A stretch of DNA of 64,000 nt from Trueperaceae bacterium (GCA_965213925.1 OZ243927.1:1120001-1184000); one strand, 5' to 3'; shown: positions 1 through 11,409, numbered from the stretch's first letter. The notes: generated by a model not told the origin, from the letters alone. Numbers and translations are program-made.

Positions 1-765
1 TTAGGAGTTGACCTCTTGAAGAAAAGGGAAGAGGTCGAGGCACTATGAACTCATACGGAGGTGAGCCGATGTAGAGAGAAGAATAGCGGACACGCCTGCT
101 GCAACAGGCGCAATCCGCCTCTAAGAGCACGGCATAATGAGCCGCACACCTACATCTGTATGATAGCGCGTTATGTCCGAAAAAGCACGTTTTTTTTGAA
201 TGCTCGTTGTGCTCCTAAATTTTAGGCATTAGCAATTCTAGGAGAAATACCTTGTCACCAGAAGAACTTTTAGAATTATCGAAGTTTCTCGTGGAAGAAA
301 CACTTTTTCAACCGCTTTTGACTCTGGTCCTTCTTGTATACCTTATAAAAGTTGCTTTGGGGGCTACAATGCAATTTTTAGAGGTGATAAAAAGAATTAG
401 AGAATTTTGAACTAAGGGGACCGTGCGTAAGGCGGTCCCCTTAACTAAAAATCGTAGTATCAACACATGCATTATCAAATCGTCACAGTCAGTCAACTTG
501 AACGCGGCTTTATCCGCGAAGGGTGCCAGTACTTTTTAGCGCGGTTAGAGAAGTGCACAATGGTTGAGGTCATCGCACTTAAAGAGGGTCACGGCGGCGG
601 AGGCTTTTGGAGAAGTTGACGGTGAAAAAATAAACTTGAGAGCCGAAAAAGGGAGGTCGAAGCTTCGTGAGCTTGCGTAAGCCTATCAACAACCGCTCAA
701 ACTCATTTGCGCGTAAATGCAACTAAGTCATAACGAAACGAAGCTCTAGGACTAAAGTCTTCTCA

Positions 766-1179
766 CTAATGGATACGCAGGTACATCCCGGCTGCGCGGG
801 GAGATTCCGCTTTCGTAAAGCCGAACCGCTCGTAAAACTCGGGCGTGCCGTGGTCCGCCATAAGGCTCACGTAGGCGCTTTTAGGCGCATGACTGCGGAT
901 ATAATCCATCAACGCTTCCATGATGCGCCGCCCCAAACCTTGCCCTTGATGCTCGGGCAAAACGGCGACGTCCACGATTTCGAAAAAGCAGCCGCCGTCA
1001 CCGATGACTCGCCCGATGCCGACGGGTCGTGACTCGGCAAAAACAGTCACCGCAAAGAGCGAATTTTTTAAGCCGACGCTCGCCGCCTCTTCCGTCTTCT
1101 CGCTCAGCCCTGCAGCTAAGCGAATGCGGATGTAATCTTGCGCTGAAGGGGTTTCTGCTTTGACTTCGTATCGTTCCAT
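766..1179 (-). CDS. GNAT family N-acetyltransferase
   Basis: VLPEHQGQGLGRRIM acetyl-CoA motif A and FYERFGF motif; start moved to the ATG at 1179 (MERYEV) so it does not overlap the upstream gene. Confidence 0.85.
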   Translation of the reverse strand: MERYEVKAETPSAQDYIRIRLAAGLSEKTEEAASVGLKNSLFAVTVFAESRPVGIGRVIGDGGCFFEIVDVAVLPEHQGQGLGRRIMEALMDYIRSHAPKSAYVSLMADHGTPEFYERFGFTKAESPRAAGMYLRIH

Positions 1180-1195
1180 GGGCTCTACTTTAACG

Positions 1196-1771
1196 TTATA
1201 TCTCCCAAGTCGAGCGGTAGGTTCTACCCGCGAGTAGCGCACAAAGCTCGAGCAAAACCGCCATGCTTTTCTCAAGGCGCTGCCTAGCCTCGTCACTGAG
1301 TGCGCCCTCTTGCCAGTGGCGGTTGTGCGCGTAAACGTGGTACGGGTTGATGATGCACTTGAAGTCCAACATGAGCGACGTTGCCGCCTCTCTAAAGGCA
1401 GTGTAGCTATGCGGCAAGCCGCCTGCGCTAACGAACGTCACGACTTTATCGAACAGCGCGCCCTCGAGCGTACCATCAGGCGGGGTGGAGCCGATATACT
1501 CGATATACTTCTTGAGTTCTGAGCTGACGCCCCAGTTATATACGGGGCTGCATAGGACGATACCGTCACTCGTGCGCGTTTTCTGATGAAGCTCGAGGTA
1601 AACCTCTGTTTTGTAGATGGTGTCGTTATCGAAGTTGGGCACGTTGCGTTGCTCGAGGTCTACAAGTAAGGTTTCTGCGCCACGCTGCTCCAACACCTCT
1701 TTGCATATGGAGGCTAAATTGCGGCTGCGACTCTCCTTATCCAAGCTGGTACTTAAAACTAAAATACGCAC
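1196..1771 (-). CDS. NADPH-dependent FMN reductase (flavodoxin-like)
   Basis: N-terminal LSTSLDKESRS, and SPVYNWGVSSELKKYIE motif. Confidence 0.8.
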   Translation of the reverse strand: MRILVLSTSLDKESRSRNLASICKEVLEQRGAETLLVDLEQRNVPNFDNDTIYKTEVYLELHQKTRTSDGIVLCSPVYNWGVSSELKKYIEYIGSTPPDGTLEGALFDKVVTFVSAGGLPHSYTAFREAATSLMLDFKCIINPYHVYAHNRHWQEGALSDEARQRLEKSMAVLLELCALLAGRTYRSTWEI

Positions 1772-1806
1772 AGCGTTAGCAGACCCGGTTCTTGAGTAAG
1801 CTCAGT

Positions 1807-3390
1807 TTAGACCCTCCGCCTATCTAAATCTTTGAGCAAAACCCGCGCCGCATTCCGCCCCGACGCACCCATGATGCCCCCGCCCGGATGCGTGCTCGCG
1901 CCCGTCAAATAGAGCCCTTTGAGGTGCGTCTTGTACTCCGCCATCCCTAAGAAGGGACGTAGCGCAAACATTTGGTCTAAGCTCATCTCCAAATGCATCA
2001 CGTTGCCTCGGTAGAGCCCTAAGTTGCGCTCGAGCCACTCCGGATGCTGAAACAGCCCGCCGACCACGCTCTCCTTCGTTCCCGGCGCGTAACACTCGAA
2101 CGTGTCTAAGATGCGCTCCGCGACCTCTTCTTGCACCTCGTCCCAGGTTGCGCCGTTCGCCAGCTCGTAGGGAAAATATTGCGCCCAGAGCCACAGCACT
2201 TCGCCACCAGGAGGCGCGAGCGTGTCGTCTACCGCGCTAAAACTCATCGCGACGATGGGCGGGTCCGAGGCGGGACGCCCTGCCATATAGTCGCCGTAGG
2301 CAGCCGAGAGCTGCTTACGGTCACGGCAGACGAGTTGCAAAGCTCGCCGCGCCTCGTCACCGGGGTGGGCAGGGTAGCGAATCGGCTTGTCGAGCGCGAG
2401 GCGCAAAATCGCCCCGAAGCCGTTGCCGATGCGCATGTTTTTAGCCCCTTTCGGGCGGTGTTCTTCGGGTAAAAGTTTACCGAAAGTTTCCAAGGCGTGT
2501 GCCCCCGCCATAATCGTGCGGGCGGTGTAGGTCTGCCCGTCCACCTTGACGCCCGTCGCCCTTTTCCCTTCGACCAAAATCTCTTCGACAGGTGCGCTCG
2601 TATGCACCTCACCGCCGTGCGCCTCGATGTGGTTTTTGAGCGCCTGCGTCAGCATCCCCGAGCCGCCCTTAGGACGCGCCATACCGCCCTCGTGATACAG
2701 CGGGTGCCACAGCAAGAAGGGCGAGGTCATCGGCTCCGAGGGCGGCGGACCCGACTGCGCCGCCATCCACACCAAGGGCGTCTTGACCTTCTCCTCAGAA
2801 AAATAGTCGTCTACGATGTCGCCATACGGCTTCAAAATCTTCGGCAGCGCCTCTTTCCAATCACCCTGAATCGCTTTGCCGAACATCATCTTTTTGCCTA
2901 AGTTAAAGGGGCTCGGCGTGCTCAGGAAGAGTTCTTTGACGACTTGCGAAAAGGGTCGCCACTCATCCATGAACCGCTTGTACGCTTCGCCCTCGCCAGG
3001 GAATTTGCTCTCCAAATGCTCGATTGTTTTTTCTTCACTACGGTAGAAAAAGACGCTGTCGCCGTCCGGGTAGGGCGCGAAGAAGAGCGGGTCGATGTCG
3101 ATGTACTCGAGCCCGTACTTTTCAAGCCCTAACTCCTCGACAATCGGCGTTAAGCGGATTAAAATATGCGCACTGCCACCCAAGTCGAACTTATAGCCAG
3201 GGACCATCTCTTTAGTCGAGACCGCGCCCCCGACGATGTCGCGCCGCTCAAAGACGCCCACCTTGTAGCCCGCTTGCGCTAGATAGGCGCTAGAAATGAG
3301 CGCGTTATGTCCTGCGCCGATGGTAATGACGTCGTAATCTCGGTGGCTTGGGTTTCGCTGCGTTGGCACAGCGGATTGTACCCCTTCCAA
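1807..3390 (-). CDS. crtO: CrtO-type carotenoid ketolase (phytoene desaturase superfamily)
   Basis: GAGHNAL dinucleotide-binding motif; [28 protein letters not shown] and [19 protein letters not shown] segments recalled from Deinococcus CrtO; adjacent to crtI. Confidence 0.8.
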   Translation of the reverse strand: MEGVQSAVPTQRNPSHRDYDVITIGAGHNALISSAYLAQAGYKVGVFERRDIVGGAVSTKEMVPGYKFDLGGSAHILIRLTPIVEELGLEKYGLEYIDIDPLFFAPYPDGDSVFFYRSEEKTIEHLESKFPGEGEAYKRFMDEWRPFSQVVKELFLSTPSPFNLGKKMMFGKAIQGDWKEALPKILKPYGDIVDDYFSEEKVKTPLVWMAAQSGPPPSEPMTSPFLLWHPLYHEGGMARPKGGSGMLTQALKNHIEAHGGEVHTSAPVEEILVEGKRATGVKVDGQTYTARTIMAGAHALETFGKLLPEEHRPKGAKNMRIGNGFGAILRLALDKPIRYPAHPGDEARRALQLVCRDRKQLSAAYGDYMAGRPASDPPIVAMSFSAVDDTLAPPGGEVLWLWAQYFPYELANGATWDEVQEEVAERILDTFECYAPGTKESVVGGLFQHPEWLERNLGLYRGNVMHLEMSLDQMFALRPFLGMAEYKTHLKGLYLTGASTHPGGGIMGASGRNAARVLLKDLDRRRV

Positions 3391-3622
3391 CCTTGTGAAA
3401 ACGTGGGCAAGGTGCCGAACTTACTTCATGAAGTATTGGTTGAGGTCAGCGCGGCGAGTGTGAAAGGGGTTTAACCTCTTCACCTCGAGCCTCTACAAAT
3501 TTTTACAGCAGGAGTTTTGTACCTTGCTCCTTCACGGAGCCAAAACGTCACTGTGTCTTGAGCTAGAAATGTTGGCTCGAGACACAACGGAAGTCTGCAA
3601 AGGGAAGGTTGCCCCAGATGAA

Positions 3623-5284
3623 CTACGCTCCAACCATCTCCTCTTGCTCCCGCGGCTCGAGCTTCCCTACGCCGCTCACGATTTCATCTGAAACTTCAAA
3701 GTCTTTGGCAATCACCCGCGCTGTTATCTTCGCCGACATCATGACCGAGGGCGTGCCGCCGCCCGGCTGCGCGTTCGCACCCACTAAGTAGAGGTTGCTC
3801 ACGTCCTCACTGCGGTTGTGCGGACGAAAAAAGGCGGACTGCACGAGAACGGGCTCGACGCCGAAGCCATTGCCCATATAAGAATTGAGTGTCCCCTCGA
3901 AGTAGTCGGGCGTGATGAAGCTTTGATAGACGAGTCGCTCTTTTAAGCCGGGGATATAGCCGCGCTCATCCAGAAAGGTCAAAATCTTATCGGCAAAAGG
4001 CTCGCCGAGCGCGTCCCAATTCAACCCGCTACCCTTATGGGGCACAGGGACAAGCGTATACGCTGCGTGATGTCCTGGCGGCGCGAGGCTGGGGTCGGTG
4101 AGCGTCGGAATGTGGAGGTACTGCGAAAAGTCTTCTGCCAAAATCTTACGGTCAAAGATGTCGGTTAAAAGTTCTTCGTAGCGCGGACCCAAGATGATGT
4201 TGTGGTGCTGCAAGTCAAGCTCTGGCGGCGCGCGAAAGCCGAAATAGATAACGAAAAGCGACATCGACTGCTTACGCGCTTTGACCACCACGTCGCGGTT
4301 CCAGAAGCGGTGCTCTTGATCAATGAGGTTCAAGTAGGTGCTGGCGTAGTCGCCGTTAGAGACGACGAGGTCAGCGTCCAACCTCTCGCCGTTCGCCAAT
4401 GTCACGCCCTTCGCCACCTTTTTCTTGTCCTCTTTGACGACCTCAATACGCGCCACTTCACTCTCGAAGCGAATCTCTCCACTTAGTTCCTCAAACTTCT
4501 TCACAAAACCGTCCACCAACGCGCCCGTGCCGCCCATTGCGAAGTGGATGCCCCAGGTCTTCTCGACGAAGTGAATCATCGCGTAAATCGCCGGAACCTT
4601 GAGCGGGTTGCCGCCGACTAAAAGGGGTTCGAAGGAGAAGACCTGACGCATCTTGTCCGACTTGAAATATTTCTTAACGAGCGAAAAGAGCGGGCGCACC
4701 GCGTCTAAACGCAGTAAGTCGGGCACGACGCGCAGCATCGAGGGGACGTTGCCGAAGTACGTATAGCCAAGCTCTAAAAAGCCTCGCTCGAAGATCGCCT
4801 TCGCCGCCTCGTGGAACCTCTCGTAGCCCTCTAAATCTTCCGGCGCAAGCTCTTTAATCTGCCTGCGCGTGCCCTCCGGGTCGCCGTCGTAGTCGAAGAA
4901 GGTGCCGTCGTCGAAGTAGATGCGGTAGAAGGGGAGTATGGGGACGATTTGGGCGTACTGCGAGGTGGCGGGTCCGCCGCTGACGCCCTGTTTGATGCGC
5001 TCGCCCGAGAGGGTGTGCGGCGGGAAGTCGGGCTCGCTGAGCGCCGCCGCGCCGCGCTCTAAGGCGAACAGCTCCTCAATGAAGTGCGGCACGGTCAATA
5101 CGGTGGGTCCCATGTCGAAGGTGAAGCCTTCCGCGTGTCTCACGTAGGCGCGTCCGCCGGGACCGTCGAGTTTCTCCACAATCGTCGTCTCGAACCCTAA
5201 GCTCTGTAGGCGAATCCCAAGCGCGAGCCCGCCGATGCCCGAGCCGATGATGACGGCTCTGTTAGCCTTTTCGTTAGTTTGCAT
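3623..5284 (-). CDS. crtI: phytoene desaturase
   Basis: [41 protein letters not shown] motifs. Confidence 0.9.
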   Translation of the reverse strand: MQTNEKANRAVIIGSGIGGLALGIRLQSLGFETTIVEKLDGPGGRAYVRHAEGFTFDMGPTVLTVPHFIEELFALERGAAALSEPDFPPHTLSGERIKQGVSGGPATSQYAQIVPILPFYRIYFDDGTFFDYDGDPEGTRRQIKELAPEDLEGYERFHEAAKAIFERGFLELGYTYFGNVPSMLRVVPDLLRLDAVRPLFSLVKKYFKSDKMRQVFSFEPLLVGGNPLKVPAIYAMIHFVEKTWGIHFAMGGTGALVDGFVKKFEELSGEIRFESEVARIEVVKEDKKKVAKGVTLANGERLDADLVVSNGDYASTYLNLIDQEHRFWNRDVVVKARKQSMSLFVIYFGFRAPPELDLQHHNIILGPRYEELLTDIFDRKILAEDFSQYLHIPTLTDPSLAPPGHHAAYTLVPVPHKGSGLNWDALGEPFADKILTFLDERGYIPGLKERLVYQSFITPDYFEGTLNSYMGNGFGVEPVLVQSAFFRPHNRSEDVSNLYLVGANAQPGGGTPSVMMSAKITARVIAKDFEVSDEIVSGVGKLEPREQEEMVGA

Positions 5285-5434
5285 ACCCTACATTATGCCC
5301 CGTGTCCGCCGCTAGGCTATGTGGTGTGCGGGGGCTTCTAGGGGGTTCTGATGTGACTTGTCTGGGTGCTAAGAGGTTGAAGCTCGAGCCATCCAACCTT
5401 CAACCTATCCCCCAAGGTGTACAGTTAAGTCAAT

Positions 5435-6211
5435 ATGGTCAAGCTAATCCGCACGCTGCTCCTGCTCAGCCTGCTGCTCTACACGGGGGTAGGCGCTGCG
5501 CAAGTAGAAACGCCCGCTAGAGCGTGCCCTGACTTCAGCGCTGCGGAGCTTCGTCAAAGTGTTGGGAGTACGGCGCAAGCGTTCCAGGCGGATGCGCAAA
5601 GGCTCAACCGAAGCCTGAGCGTTAGGGCTCCTAAGCTGTCTGACCTCTCTAAAATCCAGCCTGGTCAAGCAGTGCAGTCGCTTGGAGAACAGGCGAACCG
5701 CGTCAGAGCGCTCGAGTGGCGCGAAGGTGCCAGTGCACTGGCGTCAGGTGCAGCCTCGAGTGTCACAAAAGGCTGGCAAGGCGTCAAAGAGGTCGCGCCA
5801 GTGTCGGCGCGTTGTTTGCAGCAGTGGACAGGTCGAGCGTCCAACGTCGTCCAGAGCGTACCTGCGCCCAACCTCACCGAGCCAGCACAAGAGACGGATA
5901 GTTCGGGCGCACCTGAGCGGCTCGAGCCCGCGCCTCTACCAGTGCCGGAGCTAGAGGTGGCGACAGGCGTACTCGACAGCGTCCGCCGCGCTGTCATGGA
6001 CAGGGTAACGCAGCACGTCCCGGTACAAGTTGGCTCAGGAGCTATTGACACGCTTGCTAACGCCTTCCCTACGGCGTTCCGGCTCATCAAGTACTACGTG
6101 ATTTGGGTTTTCACAACGTCAATTCTAGTGACTGTTTTGCTCATCGTTATTCTCGCTCGCTTGGGGTATATGTTGCTGTTTTCGTCTGGGCGTTCTGAAG
6201 GCGTGAAGTAG
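5435..6211 (+). CDS. hypothetical exported/membrane-anchored protein
   Basis: N-terminal signal-peptide-like segment and C-terminal hydrophobic helix. Confidence 0.6.
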   Translation: MVKLIRTLLLLSLLLYTGVGAAQVETPARACPDFSAAELRQSVGSTAQAFQADAQRLNRSLSVRAPKLSDLSKIQPGQAVQSLGEQANRVRALEWREGASALASGAASSVTKGWQGVKEVAPVSARCLQQWTGRASNVVQSVPAPNLTEPAQETDSSGAPERLEPAPLPVPELEVATGVLDSVRRAVMDRVTQHVPVQVGSGAIDTLANAFPTAFRLIKYYVIWVFTTSILVTVLLIVILARLGYMLLFSSGRSEGVK

Positions 6212-6368
6212 GGGCTCGAGCCGATTCACCCTTCGAAGCTGCCGCAAAGTTAAAAATCTCTCGTTTTGCAGTCGCTAGCGATTAGTGCGGGTGTAAATAA
6301 CGTCACTTGCGATCAAAAAAGAGGAAAATTCTGCTCTTTAGTGTGACAGGTGTACATAGCATAATTAT

Positions 6369-9300
6369 GTGTCCTTGCAACTTATCAACCAATACCGCAG
6401 CAAAGTCGAGCGCTACATCCAGTACGGCGGCTCGCGCAACGAACAGAGTCTCCGCAACGCTTTTTATCAACTCTTAGAAGGCTACGCCCGCACGCAGAGC
6501 TTAGAGTTGATTGCTGAACTCGAGTACCGCGTGGGCGGCGTCGCTGTCTACCCCGATGGCACGCTCAAGGATGCCTTGCGCCAAGACCGCGGCTACTGGG
6601 AGAGCAAAGACCAGTACGATGATCTGTACGAAGAGGTCGATAAGAAGTTTCAGAAGGGCTACCCCAACACCAATATCCTCTTCGATGATACGCGGCAGGT
6701 CCTTCTCTATCAAAACGGACAAGAGGTCGGTCTCGCCGTCGTTGAAGACGCCGAGACCTTAAACGCGCTCCTGAGCCAGTTCGTCAGCTACGAGCCGCCG
6801 AGCGTCAAGACCTTCCGCGACGCGATTGAGAAATTCAAGCTCGATATACCCGACTTGCTGGGCGAACTCCGCAAGGTGATTGAAGAGCAAGCGTCAACGA
6901 ACAGCGACTTCACTGCTCAGCGCAACCGCTTGCTAGACCTGACGCAAAAAGCCATCAACCCACACTTAGGTTTAGAAGACGTGCGCGAGATGGTCATTCA
7001 GCACATCCTGACTGAAGGGATTTTCACCTCGGTCTTTAACGACAGCCACTTTCACCGCGAGAACAACATCGCCCGTGAGCTTTACAAAGTCACCGAGACC
7101 TTTTTCACCGGAGCGCTGAGAAAGAATGCGCTTCTCAAAATTGAGCCCTATTACAACGTCATCAAAGCGGCGGCGGCGAACATCGCCAACCACCACGAAA
7201 AGCAAAAGTTCCTCAAGGTCGTCTACGAAAACTTCTACAAAGCCTACAACCCCGCCGCCACTGACCGCTTGGGCATCGTTTACACCCCCAACGAAATCGT
7301 CCGCTTCATGATCGAAGCCGCTGACCACCTCACCCACAAGCACTTCGGCAAGTTTTTAGGCGACGAAGGCGTGAATATCTTAGACCCCGCCACCGGAACC
7401 GGCACGTTCATCACCGAGATTATCGAGTATTTGCCCAAGCACCAGCTCAAGCACAAATACGCCCACGAACTCTTCTGCAATGAAGTCGCGCTGCTGCCCT
7501 ACTACACCGCGAACCTCAACATCGAATACACCTATCAGCAGAAGATGGGCCACTACGCCGAGTTTGAAAACATCGCGTTTGTAGACACCCTAGAAAACCT
7601 CAACTACGTCGGCTCGGAAGGTCAGTTCAGCATGTTCGAGTTGACGGCTGAGAACCTGGAGCGCATCAAGCGGCAGAACGAGAACAAGATTTCGGTGATT
7701 ATTGGGAATCCGCCTTATAACGCCAATCAACTCAACGAAAATGAGAACAACAAGAACCGCTCCTATCCGTTTATTGACGAACGCATCAAAAATACCTATG
7801 TCAAAGAGAGCACTGCGCAAAAGACCAAAGTGTACGACATGTATTCGCGTTTTATTCGCTGGGCGAGTGACCGCGTGGGTGAAAACGGCGTGATTGCCTT
7901 CGTTGTCAACCGCTCGTTCATAGACTCGCACACTTTTGATGGGTTTAGAAAGGTTGTGGCGGAGGAGTTCGGGGACATTTACATTGTGGATTTAGGTGGC
8001 GATGTTCGCGCTAACCCGAAGCTGTCAGGAACGACGCACAACGTTTTCGGAATTCAAACAGGCGTGACAATCGTCTACTTTGTTAAAAGAGAAAAGCGAG
8101 CGGGCAAAGCCAATATCTACTACACGCGCCGTCCTGAGATGGAAACGGCAAGAGAGAAGTTGCAATGGATAAACGTAGCTGACTTCGAGCAACTACCTTT
8201 TAAGCATATTGTTCCGAATAAACGCCACATTTGGATAAATCAAGCTGAGAATGAATGGGACGATTTATTGCCCGTCGCAACCTCAGAAACAAAAGCAGCA
8301 GAAAAACAAAGTGAAATCAATGCAGTATACAAATTTTACTCTCTTGGGGTTTCAACAAATCGTGATGAATGGGTATACGACTTCAGTAAAGACGTTCTTA
8401 AAGAAAAAGTACAGTTTTTTATCAAGTTTTATGAAGCAGACCGAAAGCGCTGGCTAAAAGAAGGAAGAGATAAGAAAACAAGACAAGAAATTCCAATTGG
8501 CGACTTCGTGAATAGAACTATCAAGTGGACAAGTAATCTACAAAATCATCTAGCACGTGGAACCCGTTTGCAGTTTAACTCTAAAAAAATTGTACAGACG
8601 ATGTATCGTCCTTTTGTTACCCAATGGCTCTACTCAGAAGACACAATGTCTGACAGATTAACTTCAAATCACTTCGAAATGTTTGGGTCGAACTTACAGC
8701 AAAACAACACTGTAATAACCTTCTCTGGAAGTGGCGCATCAAAATCCTTTTCCACTTTTGTTACCGATAAGCTATTCAGCCTAGACCTGTTAGAGAAAAC
8801 TCAATGCCTCCCCCTCTACCGTTACGACGACGAAGGCAACCGCCTAGACAACATCACGGGCTGGGGACTGAAGAAATTTCGGGAACACTACGGCGGCGAC
8901 TTCGCTGAAGAACTCGAGCTGCCTAACCTCAAAGTTGTGCAAAAACATTACGCAGCGCTCGAGGCAAAAATCGAAGAGGTCGCCGAGAGGTTGAGGCTCG
9001 AGGATGGAAACGCTGAGAAAATCCGTTTAGAGCATCAGCTCTCGACGTTGAAAGCGCAACTCCTCAACGTCAAAGAGAACGCCGCTATCTTCTGTTACAC
9101 CTACGGCGTCTTGCACAACCCCGCTTACCGCAAAAAGTACGAACTCAACCTCAAGCGCGAGTTCCCGCATATCCCCTTTTACGAGGACTTCGCGCAGTGG
9201 GCCGCGTGGGGCGAGAGGTTGATGAGTCTGCATCTGGACTATGAGACAGTCGCGCCTTATCCCTTGAAGCGTAACGACGCAAAAAGTGTCAAGAACCCGA

Positions 9301-9620
9301 AAGCGAAACTCAAGGCGGACAGGGAGGCGGGGCTGATTGTGCTGGATTCTGAGACGGGGCTCTCCGGCGTGCCGTCTGAGGTGTGGGACTATAAGCTGGG
9401 GAACCGCTCGGCGCTCGAGTGGGTCTTAGACCGCTATAAGGAGAAAAAGCCGCGTGACCCGACCATCCGCGAGAAGTTCAATGCGTATAGGTTTGTGGAC
9501 TATAAGGAAGAGGTCATTGACCTTTTGAAGCGGGTTTGCACGGTGAGTGTGAAGACGGTAAAAATTATCAGAGAGATGGAAAACCTGGAAAAGATAGGTG
9601 TCGAGAAAATCACGGCGTAG
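6369..9620 (+). CDS. single-chain restriction-modification enzyme (type IIG/ISP-like: nuclease + N6-adenine MTase + TRD, no helicase)
   Basis: PD...ESK nuclease motif, DPATGTGTF motif I, GNPPY motif IV, ISP-type C-terminus (YRPF; YKLGNRSALEWVLDRY). Confidence 0.85.
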   Translation: MSLQLINQYRSKVERYIQYGGSRNEQSLRNAFYQLLEGYARTQSLELIAELEYRVGGVAVYPDGTLKDALRQDRGYWESKDQYDDLYEEVDKKFQKGYPNTNILFDDTRQVLLYQNGQEVGLAVVEDAETLNALLSQFVSYEPPSVKTFRDAIEKFKLDIPDLLGELRKVIEEQASTNSDFTAQRNRLLDLTQKAINPHLGLEDVREMVIQHILTEGIFTSVFNDSHFHRENNIARELYKVTETFFTGALRKNALLKIEPYYNVIKAAAANIANHHEKQKFLKVVYENFYKAYNPAATDRLGIVYTPNEIVRFMIEAADHLTHKHFGKFLGDEGVNILDPATGTGTFITEIIEYLPKHQLKHKYAHELFCNEVALLPYYTANLNIEYTYQQKMGHYAEFENIAFVDTLENLNYVGSEGQFSMFELTAENLERIKRQNENKISVIIGNPPYNANQLNENENNKNRSYPFIDERIKNTYVKESTAQKTKVYDMYSRFIRWASDRVGENGVIAFVVNRSFIDSHTFDGFRKVVAEEFGDIYIVDLGGDVRANPKLSGTTHNVFGIQTGVTIVYFVKREKRAGKANIYYTRRPEMETAREKLQWINVADFEQLPFKHIVPNKRHIWINQAENEWDDLLPVATSETKAAEKQSEINAVYKFYSLGVSTNRDEWVYDFSKDVLKEKVQFFIKFYEADRKRWLKEGRDKKTRQEIPIGDFVNRTIKWTSNLQNHLARGTRLQFNSKKIVQTMYRPFVTQWLYSEDTMSDRLTSNHFEMFGSNLQQNNTVITFSGSGASKSFSTFVTDKLFSLDLLEKTQCLPLYRYDDEGNRLDNITGWGLKKFREHYGGDFAEELELPNLKVVQKHYAALEAKIEEVAERLRLEDGNAEKIRLEHQLSTLKAQLLNVKENAAIFCYTYGVLHNPAYRKKYELNLKREFPHIPFYEDFAQWAAWGERLMSLHLDYETVAPYPLKRNDAKSVKNPKAKLKADREAGLIVLDSETGLSGVPSEVWDYKLGNRSALEWVLDRYKEKKPRDPTIREKFNAYRFVDYKEEVIDLLKRVCTVSVKTVKIIREMENLEKIGVEKITA

Positions 9621-9751
9621 CAGCATTTGTGAAAAGAGTACGGGCTCATGCAGCAGCGTTTGATGGGAAAAAAGCGTGCGAAGCTTGACGAGCAGACCCG
9701 CGCACCTCTCTCACTCTTGACGTACATACATTTTGTATATACGGTGCTAAA

Positions 9752-10030
9752 ATGACCTTTAAGTGGGACGAGGCAAAGAGTAGGGGTAACGTCCGCAAAC
9801 ATGGCTACAGTTTTGAGGATGCCGAAAAGGTCTTTTCGGGCGTCTACCTTGAAGTTGAGGATGACCGTGAGGATTACGGCGAGCCGCGCTACCTCGTCTT
9901 CGGGCTTCTAAAGGGCAATGTGGTTGTCGTCTGCTACACACTTAGGGGCGAAGACACATACCGAATCATCTCTATGCGAAAGGGGAACCGTAATGAAACA
10001 GACGCCTACTACCAATACGCAGGTTTCTAA
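9752..10030 (+). CDS. brnT: BrnT family toxin
   Basis: FKWDEAKSRGNVRKHG...RIISMRK. Confidence 0.9.
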   Translation: MTFKWDEAKSRGNVRKHGYSFEDAEKVFSGVYLEVEDDREDYGEPRYLVFGLLKGNVVVVCYTLRGEDTYRIISMRKGNRNETDAYYQYAGF

Positions 10031-10289
10031 AACCGATTGGAAGCGTGTGGATAAGCTGCGAGACGAAGATATAGACTACTCTGACATTCCGCCGACCTCA
10101 CCCGAGTTGTTCGCCAAAGCTGCGGTGAAAGAGGGTGGCGTGAATGTTCGTGAACCCAAACAAGCAATTTCGCTCCGGGTAGATAGAGACACTTTGGCTT
10201 GGTTCAAAGCGCAGGGTGAGGGCTATCAAACACATATAAACGCCGTTTTAGAAGCGTATGTAGCGGCGCAGAAAGCAGCGAACGAATGA
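9993..10289 (+). CDS. brnA: BrnA family antitoxin
   Basis: TDWKRV..IDYSDIP..ISLRVDRDTLAWFKAQGEGYQTHIN; overlaps brnT; start set at ATG 9993. Confidence 0.88.
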   Translation: MKQTPTTNTQVSKTDWKRVDKLRDEDIDYSDIPPTSPELFAKAAVKEGGVNVREPKQAISLRVDRDTLAWFKAQGEGYQTHINAVLEAYVAAQKAANE

Positions 10290-10316
10290 TTGAAGGCTTA
10301 GGGCTAGGTCACGATC

Positions 10317-10532
10317 ATGTTTGAGCGCATTACCTTTGATCCGCACCAGTTCGGCGGTAAACCGTGCATCCGAGGTTTGCGCGTCACGGTAGGCACGGTG
10401 CTGACCCTCTTGCGCGACCACAGCCGCGAAGAAATCTTAACGGACTATCCCGAGCTAGAAGCCGAAGATATAGACGCGGCGCTTATGTACGCGGCGTATC
10501 TGGCTGAAGAGCGTGACATCTTGGTGGCGTGA
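10317..10532 (+). CDS. DUF433 domain protein (putative antitoxin)
   Basis: RITFDPHQFGGKPCIRGLRVTV...YPELEAEDI. Confidence 0.88.
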   Translation: MFERITFDPHQFGGKPCIRGLRVTVGTVLTLLRDHSREEILTDYPELEAEDIDAALMYAAYLAEERDILVA

Positions 10533-10626
10533 GGTTTCTCGTTTCCGAAGGAGTCTATGCAGTAAACAATCGGAATTCGCATAAGGAGGACTTAGCGCGT
10601 CTGCCTCGCCAATCGAGCCGACGATA

Positions 10627-11409
10627 TCAGCGACGAAGAAACCTCTCTATCGCCTCCAACCCTTTCGGGTTCACCGCCCCATCCACCATCGCAATATGCC
10701 CACCCTGAATCTCAGTAAAAAACTTGGGCTCGTTCGCCGCTTCGTAGAGCGTGCGTCCTTGCGAGAAGGGAATGGTGAAGTCGCCGCGTGAATGTAAAAA
10801 GAGCGTAGGTGCGTCCACATCGCTTATCTTTTCTAACGAGTCAAAGCGGTTGCTCATGATGCCGTTGGGCACGAAGCGGTATATCGCTCTGGCGGCGTCT
10901 AAGAGGGAGGTGAAGGCAGCCTCGAGAATCAGCCCGCCGACCTTTTTGCGACTCGCGAGGTCCGTCGCGACGCCGGAGCCTAAGGAGAAGCCGTAGAGGA
11001 TGATGTCTTCTGGTGACACCCCCTTGTCAATGAGGTACTGATAGCTCGCGTCCGCGTCCTCGTAGAGCCCCGCCTCGCTCGGCTCGCCGCCGCTCTCGCC
11101 GTAGCCCCGGTATTCGGGCATGAGCACGTTGACGCCCATCGCGTAGAGCTGTGAGGTAAAAGAGAGGTACGAGGAGACGTTTTCGCCATTACCGTGGAAG
11201 TACACGAGCCAAGGTGCGTCATCTTTCTTTTGAGGTAGCGCCCACGCCATAATTTGAGTGCCGTCAGCGGTGGTTAGCTCGAGGCGTTCAAAAGGCAGAC
11301 CATAATCCGCTGGCGTCTTGCTCAGTGTCCTGGTCGGTATATAAACGAATCTGTTTTCAAAAGGAAGCAGCCATGCATTGAACATGACTGCTACGATAAG
11401 AGGTAGCAC
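10627..11409 (-). CDS. alpha/beta hydrolase
   Basis: FHGNGEN, EYRGYGES, GFSLG nucleophile elbow, C-terminal GGH. Confidence 0.85.
   Translation of the reverse strand: MLPLIVAVMFNAWLLPFENRFVYIPTRTLSKTPADYGLPFERLELTTADGTQIMAWALPQKKDDAPWLVYFHGNGENVSSYLSFTSQLYAMGVNVLMPEYRGYGESGGEPSEAGLYEDADASYQYLIDKGVSPEDIILYGFSLGSGVATDLASRKKVGGLILEAAFTSLLDAARAIYRFVPNGIMSNRFDSLEKISDVDAPTLFLHSRGDFTIPFSQGRTLYEAANEPKFFTEIQGGHIAMVDGAVNPKGLEAIERFLRR

Noticed and set aside
170..760. Replication origin, or the 62-aa ORF at 308-496
   Set aside because: AT-rich, but no clear TTATCCACA box cluster, and the ORF has no RBS or protein-like features
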